Assembly (NCBI GenBank): GCA_043816005.1
Contig: JBDRIM010000064.1
Coordinates: 1-64,000 of the forward strand
DNA: 64,000 bases
Source: Candidatus Micrarchaeota archaeon
GTDB lineage: Archaea; Micrarchaeota; Micrarchaeia; Anstonellales; Bilamarchaeaceae
Direction of reading: 5' to 3'
The notes under the pieces are model-generated. The model was not told where the DNA came from. It did no database searches and saw nothing but the letters and a program-made list of their open reading frames with translations. Position 1 is the stretch's first letter, and each line of letters starts with the position of its first letter. The position numbers and the translations under genes were made by a program. This document shows, one piece after another, positions 19,701 to 26,894 of this stretch.

Positions 19701-22132
19701 ACAATCCAGCATTTGGAACCGGGCACCCTCAACCAATAACCTATGCAGCCAATGTTGAACCAACAATGGGAAGCCAAAACCCAGATATGAAACGCGGTGG
19801 TGCGGTTGTAGTTTGGGATATGGGTAAATCAGCAGGATTGGCACACTTTCAAGCAGTTCCATTATTGGCAAATGAAGTAGGTCCACAATTATTTGCATTG
19901 GAACAGGATATAGCAGCTAAGGAAGTCCAGATCGCAGAAAGAGATACCGCAATAGCCGAAGCAGAAACAGCTAGGCACACTGCAATGGGAGAATTAGCTG
20001 ATGCTAATGCTTCTGGTAATGCTGAAGCAATTGCTATTGCAGAAGCAAAAGTAGCTGGTGCTGAAAGTCATGTTACAGGATTACAAGAAGGAAGAGGAAC
20101 CATGAGTGATGAATTAGGCCAATTAAGACAGGATAGAAGTAATCTTGCACAAGGAAACGGTCCTCTTTTGCTTGAATGGACACCAGGATTTGCACATACA
20201 GTTGAGGATAAAAGCGGAGCTAATGTTTATGTTGTAACAGCACCAGGAGAATTGCTTTTCATACGTCCAGATGAAGAACATAAAACAGATCTTTATATCC
20301 AGGATTTAGTGTTAAGATATAGAAGAGTAAATAATGATCAGACAGCATGGGAGATTGTTGCTGGTGCCGGGCTAGGTGCAGTGGTAAAAGAAGCACCAGG
20401 AACCGAAAAAGACAAAAACTGGATAGGAAGAGGGGGAGTATTGTATAAATGGGAAGACAGATCAAAAAGACCAGGATGGAAAAGCGGCGGAGCTGGTGTT
20501 TATTACGAGGGAGCAGTAACTGATCTTGAAACAACTGCAGTTGTAAGTAGCCTTGATGGTGCAGAAGAAATGAGAAGAGAGATAGAAAGCCTTCACAGAA
20601 TTGGTGTGACCTTATATGGTTCAGGACAGCTGGCTAATAGGGTTTTGTTAGGTGCGTTAGGTAACTATGTTGCAGAATTCACTTCATCAGATTATAAAGA
20701 CTCATTTTTCAGGTTTATTGGATTTGTAAGTGGACTTGAAGAGATAAATGGAAGAACAAGAGGAACTGCAGCAAAAGTTGATTATCAAAGGGAAAGAGGG
20801 CTCATGGGCCGAATACAACAGGATTACAGAAATCTTGCAAGAGATGTTAATCAAAATCCTGATCAAGCAGATACATTGATTAGTAATTTTAGGAACCAGT
20901 ATGAACAGGAACTGATGCAAATATTTGACAGATATTATCTTGGTGTTCAGGTAAATGAAGATGCTTCATTGCAATTTAGTCTTGTTTCAAGGGAAAAAGA
21001 AAACGAGTGGACACAACAAAAAGTAGATACAGCATACGGTAAATTTTTATATGATTGGGGAAGTGTTTTTGCAAGAGCATATGTATCGATGCCACTCTGG
21101 GCAATGCAAGGATTTGATTCAACAGCTGGAACACAACAACATGGTTTAATCGGTGTTGGTACTGGGTTTGATATGTTTGATAGTGTATGGGCACAGAGAA
21201 TGGCAGTTGATATTGGTACCATACTATCCTATGAAGATACAGAACAAGGATTAAGAGAATGGGGAAAATTTGGTGGATTTGGACAGGCAGCCATAAGAAT
21301 GTTTTCAAGTGTTGTAGAGGATTCAAAAAGATTCAGAGAATTGAAAGGAAAAGTGGAAAGATATCAACAAATTTTGCTTGAAAAACAGGTTTCTTCTACA
21401 GCCACAGGCACAACAGCAACAATTGATTTTGGAAGGATCAGAGGAGAAGATAGAGGGAAAATCTGTGATCGAATTCAAACAGTTCCTGAATATGAAAAAT
21501 GGCTTGATCCAGCAGTTGTACAAAAAATAAGAGATGGTGAAAGTTTAGAAACAACAATAATCCAAACAGAGTTCCTACAGAGGATGGTTTGGGATTGGTT
21601 CAGTGATGAAAAGTTTAATCTAGAACAAGACTTTGGTGAACATGTAAGAAACTTTAGATGGTATCTCGGTGGTAGTATTTATGCAATAAACACTGGAGAA
21701 GATTTCAAATTCCAATGGGATGTTGCTACATTTGTAGAACAAGTAGATAAATGGGCAGCTTATGTTGTACTTGCAAAAAGAGATGATTATACACTTTTAG
21801 CAGGTGCAGATTTCCAACTAAATAGAGATTGGACATTAGGGATCATAGGTGCATGGAATGTTAGTGAAAAAGATGAAGGAGCAGGTGCATTGTCCTTAAG
21901 ATGGAGAGTTGGGCCCGGAACATTAGGTGGTATGGGCTTCATGCGTACTTTTGATCCACCTATTTATGCTAGACCAGGAGTAGCTGAATATACCAGCGCA
22001 GGACAATTGGATATTGGTGGACTTTTATTCTACACAATAGGAATAGACACAACGGGAAGATCATTCTTAGCTCCGGTTCAACCAACAGGAGGTCCTCCAA
22101 TGCCCGATGTATGGGGACGAAGAGGAGAATAG
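16709..22132 (+). CDS. Giant orphan protein (1807 aa) with N-terminal hydrophobic/signal-like segment and beta-strand-rich C-terminal half
   Basis: GGGAG RBS. N-terminal KTVTALVLGAVTW. Many Gly/aromatic alternating strands such as FRWYLGGSIY, YTLLAGADFQL, WTLGIIGAWN and ALSLRWRVG. Confidence 0.85.
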   Translation: MGGTRIVQNDQTQLPSPQRRKAIFGRLKTVTALVLGAVTWTSGTNINDLGGNIAMASRHIDPAVLEATKAVDALKVFLLTGNSTKKDDFLRIFNAGTSGAFLTAFGSDLRTKILGDAKLGPVLLAFKAVEGGRTDLVKFVDVIGRAYDAVNANDIRTIDRIRTDYSDAMVSNVVIPFLKAMEKDDFLRLMIPRRQDKMESVSDKTLEAFAKDYGINLTGITGREDRIERIGGHIRDEFFLTDDNVARALTKTLLQAYALLEKDEKPAFFQWLGEMDHRAKAGLLMTIGAFGPGAKVEAEESTPGVKNYKVTQVRGIAIPHMAWAAVKDMFKVWNVEQARLGLVESEKERLLRSGYPAFIRQTSATDLAAVFERQPTGQGYDNIEIRVGYLNAEREIRVEQRKTARIAEIDKELAAIEKWFDGFGLDLGGRDNTLINKLDVFKKGLWGLQQAYWTMREGNYGVITSLNLSSSNKKLYDIYMSYIFHLDKNTLGIFQKIDRKSENILAQMRDAITNIKDEKVLLGNQAWSTIYYPNGSLPAAATRRDPRIADDYRRAATLDPTTYFVFANYVQTVEDNLVGSPEEKRLVAQTVARLYALNPALAIKYLKAVTNLAKICRDQRETFELALIKLAAKIDMRSSGLNSGVSPTSMLPINTRRVINDLNSAFEELMGLDVGEFSRYDRYPLLDDAVLINPNAPHDITHRPPAWKYPLTPPYDSALSMSPPYFLPSTLNPLPYVPQLLNTGALFNNYDDASGQINLPRFSFLDVDGQTRAVGDAFRLFVDEKVGLFGVPTFIPGSQIVKLSPTKLMGQIDRAFISKVMEPYTFDVAGRGGALGGRVGKATPEGTYSGMVGGLGSILTSEGGVSAGGSVDVAEANQYFAGMTAIATPIGFVEDLPLVGGAFKGEGDQPAGLQHGSIGYQKLSDGAQRALGQALIKAGYPSNPRELGIAVNYEETAEGKTWSNTKYFWVDKQGTIFELEGGTNNFVQMLNYLSAYGDNPAFGTGHPQPITYAANVEPTMGSQNPDMKRGGAVVVWDMGKSAGLAHFQAVPLLANEVGPQLFALEQDIAAKEVQIAERDTAIAEAETARHTAMGELADANASGNAEAIAIAEAKVAGAESHVTGLQEGRGTMSDELGQLRQDRSNLAQGNGPLLLEWTPGFAHTVEDKSGANVYVVTAPGELLFIRPDEEHKTDLYIQDLVLRYRRVNNDQTAWEIVAGAGLGAVVKEAPGTEKDKNWIGRGGVLYKWEDRSKRPGWKSGGAGVYYEGAVTDLETTAVVSSLDGAEEMRREIESLHRIGVTLYGSGQLANRVLLGALGNYVAEFTSSDYKDSFFRFIGFVSGLEEINGRTRGTAAKVDYQRERGLMGRIQQDYRNLARDVNQNPDQADTLISNFRNQYEQELMQIFDRYYLGVQVNEDASLQFSLVSREKENEWTQQKVDTAYGKFLYDWGSVFARAYVSMPLWAMQGFDSTAGTQQHGLIGVGTGFDMFDSVWAQRMAVDIGTILSYEDTEQGLREWGKFGGFGQAAIRMFSSVVEDSKRFRELKGKVERYQQILLEKQVSSTATGTTATIDFGRIRGEDRGKICDRIQTVPEYEKWLDPAVVQKIRDGESLETTIIQTEFLQRMVWDWFSDEKFNLEQDFGEHVRNFRWYLGGSIYAINTGEDFKFQWDVATFVEQVDKWAAYVVLAKRDDYTLLAGADFQLNRDWTLGIIGAWNVSEKDEGAGALSLRWRVGPGTLGGMGFMRTFDPPIYARPGVAEYTSAGQLDIGGLLFYTIGIDTTGRSFLAPVQPTGGPPMPDVWGRRGE

Positions 22133-22225
22133 TATATAAAGATAATTGAAGTTAGATAATGTGAGATGTAAAAATTCGAATGAATTTTTACTTAATTGAA
22201 ATAAGAATTTTGATGAGGTGCGAAT

Positions 22226-22642
22226 ATGTTGGAGTTAAGTCATATGGATTTTCAAGCTGCAGAAGCAAAAAAAAGCAGCAATTCCAGACCGCAGGGTTTG
22301 AATGTGAATATTCTTATAAGTAATGCAACTGTTGAGAAAAACCTTCTTATGGTGGAATTTCTTTACACTGTACAGTACTTGCCTAATAATGGCCATGTAA
22401 GAATGGCTGGAAACGCACGATTTGTTGGTACAGAAGCAACTGCAGCTTATGAAGAATGGAAAAAAACAAAAAGAATAACTGGTGCTGCTGGAGAACAGAT
22501 TTGGAATACAATAAACTACGGGAGTTCGATAAATGCAATTTACGTCACTAGAGTTTTGAATATGGAACCCCCAATTGCACCTCCAAGAATAAAAATAGCA
22601 AACCAGGTAAAATCAAAATCTACTCCATCAAAGAAGAAATGA
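22226..22642 (+). CDS. Conserved archaeal hypothetical protein, possibly SecB-like fold
   Basis: GAGGTG RBS. Four-strand/two-helix pattern ending in LNMEPPIAPP, reminiscent of SecB-like proteins. Inference only. Confidence 0.5.
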   Translation: MLELSHMDFQAAEAKKSSNSRPQGLNVNILISNATVEKNLLMVEFLYTVQYLPNNGHVRMAGNARFVGTEATAAYEEWKKTKRITGAAGEQIWNTINYGSSINAIYVTRVLNMEPPIAPPRIKIANQVKSKSTPSKKK

Positions 22643-22685
22643 TTAAAACTTGATTATTTCTTTCCCTTTTTCGCTTGGTTTTATT
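22643..22685 (-). repeat. Duplicate of the trm56 3' end (encodes IKPSEKGKEIIKF*)
   Basis: Direct repeat of 23441-23483 (IKPSEKGKEIVKC*). 22650-22685 matches 23448-23483 at 34/36 nt. Confidence 0.9.
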
Positions 22686-23225
22686 TTAAATAAACAATTC
22701 CGAAAAATTGACCAGTTCGTGTATTGCCATAAGTTTCTTTTTTATTGTCCTACTATAATACTCTTTTTCAGTTTTATTAAGTCTCTTGCCAGACTTTAAT
22801 TTGTAGAGAATATGGATTTGTTTTGGTGCAAATAATATTGAGAGATTAAAATGTAATCGCGATCCGAATTCAGTTGTTTTGATATTAGTATATTGCAGAT
22901 AGATATCTTTGAATTCTTTAACGTCAAAAAATCGCTTGATTTTCTTACTTTTGAGAATAGAAAGAATAGATTTTCTTATCTTCTTGTCACTTATTATTTT
23001 TGCAGTGATACTCAAAATATCCATAAGCTCTGGAAAAAGTTTCTCCTTTTTTGATAGTGCAATAAGTTCTTCAAAATCGATTTCAGAATTTTCTATCACA
23101 AGAGGAATTCCATACAGATATCGAAGCTCTTTTTGTTTTATGGCATTTATGATGGCATTTTCTACTGAATCGGATTCAAACAGGGAATACCCTCGCTCAG
23201 CAAATATTTTTCTAAAATCATTCAT
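22686..23225 (-). CDS. Hypothetical protein (179 aa), cargo between duplicated trm56 3' ends; possibly TA/regulator-associated
   Basis: Intact ORF with basic C-terminus LFAPKQ...KTEKEYYSRTIKKKL. Its stop abuts the repeat at 22685. Confidence 0.65.
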   Translation of the reverse strand: MNDFRKIFAERGYSLFESDSVENAIINAIKQKELRYLYGIPLVIENSEIDFEELIALSKKEKLFPELMDILSITAKIISDKKIRKSILSILKSKKIKRFFDVKEFKDIYLQYTNIKTTEFGSRLHFNLSILFAPKQIHILYKLKSGKRLNKTEKEYYSRTIKKKLMAIHELVNFSELFI

Positions 23226-23418
23226 TAGACCACTTCTCAGCTTTTCTTAATGCAACCAGATTGATTTTGTTCTCTTGTTTAAAAAGTTCTAAAAGCAAAA
23301 GCAGATGCTCTTTGGAATCGCGAACAACTTTTTGTTTCCTATTTCCATAAATTAATTGTTCAGTTATAGTTTTTAAATGTATCATTTCTTACAGAAAATG
23401 TAATTTTTAGTACAATTT

Positions 23419-23436
23419 TTGTATAAATTTATACAA
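23419..23436. promoter_or_regulatory. Perfect 18-bp palindrome, putative operator
   Basis: TTGTATAAATTTATACAA upstream of the 179-aa gene. Confidence 0.45.
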
Positions 23437-23440
23437 GATA

Positions 23441-23956
23441 TTAGCATTTGACTATTTCTTTTCCTTTTTCGCTTGGTTTTATTCTTATTTTTCCATCAAA
23501 TTCTTTCCCAACACAAATTCTATCTAATGTTATTGCCAATGCAGCAACTTCGCTGTGCGGCTGATTGGTAATTGCAATGTTAAAATCAGCAAGCTCGTAA
23601 ATTTCACCAGGAACATGTTCTGAACCAACAACAACAAGCAGTTTTTTTGCTTTTTTTATCTCTGTTAATTTTTCTGATAATGACATGCCGTACATTGTCA
23701 AATGAACAATGATAAAACCAGATTTCTTGCATTCTTTGATGTGTTTGATGGAATTTTTTTCACAGGTTATTGGAAAACTTCCACCCCAACTTGCACAAAT
23801 TTTTCTAACACTATCTTCAAGACTGGAATCATGCTGCCCGGAATAAACAATTGAATCTGCACCAAATGCTCTTGCAACAAGGCAGACATGTGTTGAGATA
23901 CGTTCATCACGAGGAAGACGATGACTAAGACGAAGGATTTGAATCATAATCAACAT
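23441..23956 (-). CDS. trm56: tRNA (cytidine(56)-2'-O)-methyltransferase aTrm56 (SPOUT)
   Basis: LRLSHRLPRDERISTHVCLVARAFGA, VHLTMYG, VVVGSEHVP and NQPHSEVAALA signatures. Start may be the Met at 23947. Confidence 0.93.
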   Translation of the reverse strand: MLIMIQILRLSHRLPRDERISTHVCLVARAFGADSIVYSGQHDSSLEDSVRKICASWGGSFPITCEKNSIKHIKECKKSGFIIVHLTMYGMSLSEKLTEIKKAKKLLVVVGSEHVPGEIYELADFNIAITNQPHSEVAALAITLDRICVGKEFDGKIRIKPSEKGKEIVKC

Positions 23957-24028
23957 TGAGATTGAAGGGTTTAATTACCCATGCACATGTGAAACTTGCG
24001 GATACATGAAAAAGATACGTTTTATCGC

Positions 24029-24047
24029 ATTGCAACATAATTGCAAT
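24029..24047. promoter_or_regulatory. Inverted repeat upstream of AbiE-like pair, putative autoregulatory operator
   Basis: ATTGCAA-CATAA-TTGCAAT just upstream of TATA-like TTATAAA (~24060). Confidence 0.4.
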
Positions 24048-24087
24048 AGAACGAAACGATTATAAATGTTATCCAAGCATACTTTCC

Positions 24088-24738
24088 ATGAAAGAATTGG
24101 AAAGAAAGAATCAACTTGCACTGGAGATTGCAAGGCAGATATTTCAAAAAAAGATAGACGTGATATTTATTGGAGGAACCGCACTTAATAGTTTTTATCT
24201 TGACTATAGATACTCTGAAGATATTGACCTTGGATACATTAGAAAAAGCCCGAAACATGAAATTGAGAAGTTGTTAAGAGAGTGCGGATACCAAATTAGC
24301 AAAACCAACTTCAGTTATAGAGACATTGTCTCGTTTGATGGAATTCAAATCAAAATGGACATTATAGAATACAAAAAGAAATACAATGGGATAATAAAAA
24401 AACTAATTGGAGACGTAAATGTTAAAACACTCGAGATAGAAGAATTTATGATAGACAAAACAATATGTTTCTTTACAAGAGAAAATATGATTGGTATGGC
24501 CAGAGATGGATATGATCTTTTTTATATGCAACAAAAATACGGTTTTGTGCTTGATCTTGCCACCAAAGCAAAGAAAATTATCAGAAAGGAGATAGTTAGC
24601 ATTGATTTCAATATTGATCTTTTCCAAGATAATCTTCAAAACATTGAATATGGGATTGCCCCATACCTAAAAACGCCGATAAACGCTAAGGATGTGTTGG
24701 TTTTTCTAAAAAGACTGCGAGGTGTTTTAAATGAGTAA
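24088..24738 (+). CDS. AbiEii/AbiGii-family nucleotidyltransferase (type IV TA toxin-like)
   Basis: IFIGGTAL...RYSEDIDL motif, later K and RDxYDL motifs. Confidence 0.85.
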   Translation: MKELERKNQLALEIARQIFQKKIDVIFIGGTALNSFYLDYRYSEDIDLGYIRKSPKHEIEKLLRECGYQISKTNFSYRDIVSFDGIQIKMDIIEYKKKYNGIIKKLIGDVNVKTLEIEEFMIDKTICFFTRENMIGMARDGYDLFYMQQKYGFVLDLATKAKKIIRKEIVSIDFNIDLFQDNLQNIEYGIAPYLKTPINAKDVLVFLKRLRGVLNE

Positions 24739-25264
24739 TGTTATCCCAGGAAATGTTTATCACCATAAGGATATTTCAGATGCTAATATACTGTCTAGGG
24801 AAATGAAGCTTTTTCCGACCCCGTTCAAGGGTATATATTATGCCCCATATGAAACCGAAAGAAAAGGATGGTATATCAGTGACCCGCATCTTGTAGTATT
24901 CAAAGCAACCAGAATTTTTCTCAAAACAGACAAGTTCTATTTTGGGCTGAAAAGTGCACTTTACTATAATAGAAAAATATGGAATGCAGAAAGTACAGAC
25001 ATAGTAAATGCAAAACTTAGCAGAAAAATAATTAGAAAACTACCATCCACAGAATACTGGAGGGGACGAACTATCAGAAAGATATTACTTGGATTCCCTT
25101 TTCCCATAAGATTCCATCGGATGAAAAATTTCAATTTTAGCGGTGTGACAAAAAAAGGAACACTTATGTTCTCTAATATGAAAAAAACTCGTGCTGATGC
25201 ACATTATTTATGCAAAAAAGGAGATAAAGTAGGTTGTGAAGTGCTAAAGCTTTTGGATTTGTGA
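24731..25264 (+). CDS. Putative AbiEi-like antitoxin partner
   Basis: Overlaps the toxin gene by 8 nt. GIYY and YFGLKSALYYN resemble AbiEi-type antitoxin segments. Confidence 0.55.
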   Translation: MSNVIPGNVYHHKDISDANILSREMKLFPTPFKGIYYAPYETERKGWYISDPHLVVFKATRIFLKTDKFYFGLKSALYYNRKIWNAESTDIVNAKLSRKIIRKLPSTEYWRGRTIRKILLGFPFPIRFHRMKNFNFSGVTKKGTLMFSNMKKTRADAHYLCKKGDKVGCEVLKLLDL

Positions 25265-25266
25265 GT

Positions 25267-25314
25267 TTCATCACGAGGAAGATGATGGCTAAGACGTAAA
25301 ACCGGAATTTCCAC
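25267..25314 (-). repeat. Duplicate of the trm56 5' end (GTG-EIPVLRLSHHLPRDE)
   Basis: 25267-25296 matches 23903-23932 at 28/30 nt and translates like the Trm56 N-terminus MIQILRLSHRLPRDE. Confidence 0.9.
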
Positions 25315-25372
25315 TAGTATAAATCGTCCGGATTATTTTAAAAAACCGGCATGTATATCATAACGGGAGAAT

Positions 25373-25840
25373 ATGAAAAAAATAAAACCAACAACATTAC
25401 GATATATGATTGGCCATTACCTATTTGCAATACCATTATCTATAATATTTATTTTGACAGGAGCCTACTTCTTCTCGATAAAATTTATGGGAAATGAATT
25501 CGGATTAGGGGTCATAGTTGCAGGAATAATAATCACTTTAATTCCACTTATCCATTCGGTGGTTTATTCTAGAACAACTTCAATTGGGTTTGATGATGAA
25601 AAAATAGTTTTTGAAAGTGGAATTCTTTCTCACAGAACAAAAAAAGCACCAGTACACATGATTACTGATTCGTCATTGAATAGATCCTTAGTACAAAGAA
25701 TTACTGACGCCGCAACACTAAATATCAGTACAAGCGGAAGTAGTGGCTATGAGATTGTTTGTGAAGGACTGATGAATAAAGAAGCAAAAGAATTGCACGA
25801 ACAAATATATGAAAGAATAGATAAGATACAGAAAAAATAG
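25373..25840 (+). CDS. Membrane protein with bacterial PH (bPH_2) domain
   Basis: Two TM helices followed by IVFESGILS...ITDSSLNRSLVQRI...LNISTSG. Confidence 0.75.
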   Translation: MKKIKPTTLRYMIGHYLFAIPLSIIFILTGAYFFSIKFMGNEFGLGVIVAGIIITLIPLIHSVVYSRTTSIGFDDEKIVFESGILSHRTKKAPVHMITDSSLNRSLVQRITDAATLNISTSGSSGYEIVCEGLMNKEAKELHEQIYERIDKIQKK

Positions 25841-25902
25841 GCAGATCTTAATTCTCAGATATATGTATAGTATTTATATACAATCGTATTATTATTATAT
25901 AC

Positions 25903-26466
25903 ATGCTCGAAAGATTATTCCAATCAAAAACAAGAAATAGTATACTCGCTATATTCATCTTAAAACATTTCAGTGGTTCGATAAGAGCCATAGCAAAAGA
26001 GATAAAGTGCAGTCCAATGCAAGCAAGAAACGAACTTATTAATCTTGAATTGGCCGGGGTACTCACATCTAAAGACATTGCAAATGCAAAAATATACTCA
26101 ATAAATCAAAAATGCCCTTACATAAATGAATTATCATCACTTGTTGCAAAGGCAGCTGGATTTGATATCAGAATAAAAGAAGCACTAAATGGCATTGTAG
26201 GTATAGAAGTTGCATTTATTTATGGTTCTTATGCAAACAATAAATTTACAGGAAAAAGCGATCTTGATTTGTTTATAATTGGAAACCCCGACATGAAAAT
26301 AGTTAATTCAAGAATTTTCAAGTTGCAACAAAAGATAGAAGTTGAAATCAATGTTTCAGTATATGACAAAAAAGAATTCAATAATCGCAAGAAACATGGT
26401 TTCATCAAAAACATTTTAGAAGGTAGTCGAGTAATGATTATGGGGGATGAATATGAACTTGGCTGA
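25903..26466 (+). CDS. HTH-fused minimal nucleotidyltransferase (MNT) antitoxin
   Basis: N-terminal winged HTH, then AFIYGSYA...SDLDLFIIG. Confidence 0.88.
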   Translation: MLERLFQSKTRNSILAIFILKHFSGSIRAIAKEIKCSPMQARNELINLELAGVLTSKDIANAKIYSINQKCPYINELSSLVAKAAGFDIRIKEALNGIVGIEVAFIYGSYANNKFTGKSDLDLFIIGNPDMKIVNSRIFKLQQKIEVEINVSVYDKKEFNNRKKHGFIKNILEGSRVMIMGDEYELG

Positions 26467-26890
26467 ATTGAAGAGAAGAGGGTTTATCAAACCAATTCCT
26501 ATTGACAATGTTCAGATAGCAGAATTAATGAAAATAAGTGAGAGAGACGTAGAACTTGCAGAAGAATTGATGCAAAAGAGTTGCGATGGGGCATTGAATT
26601 TAGCATACAATGCAATGTTACAGGCGGCAAGAGCATTGATGTTTTCATATGGATATCGACCTGACAGTGAATACCACCACAAAGCAACCATAGAATTTAT
26701 TTTTGCAGTTTTTGATAACAAACATAAAAGTTTAGCTGAAACTCTTGATCGTATTCGTTCAAAGAGGAATGTTGCAACATATGAAAGAACAGGTGCAATT
26801 TCTAAATTTGAAGCAGAATATGCCTTGAAAGGAGCGCAAGAATTCATAGATGTTGTAAAGAATAAACTAAATAAAAGAAACCACCAATAA
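26447..26890 (+). CDS. HEPN-domain toxin (MNT-HEPN pair)
   Basis: AYNAMLQAARALM, HHKAT and RSKRNVATY (Rx4-6H/Y-like). Overlaps the MNT gene. Confidence 0.88.
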   Translation: MNMNLAELKRRGFIKPIPIDNVQIAELMKISERDVELAEELMQKSCDGALNLAYNAMLQAARALMFSYGYRPDSEYHHKATIEFIFAVFDNKHKSLAETLDRIRSKRNVATYERTGAISKFEAEYALKGAQEFIDVVKNKLNKRNHQ

Positions 26891-26894
26891 ATAG

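Noticed and set aside
23218..23348. Possible frameshifted remnant upstream of the 179-aa gene (MEIGNKKLFAIPK / EHLLLLLELF...)
   Set aside because: Too short, and the frameshift is conjectural; it cannot be supported without a homology search.
23975..24030. CETCGY zinc-ribbon-like fragment upstream of the AbiE pair
   Set aside because: Too short, with no supportable ORF; may be a donor-derived remnant but cannot be tested here.
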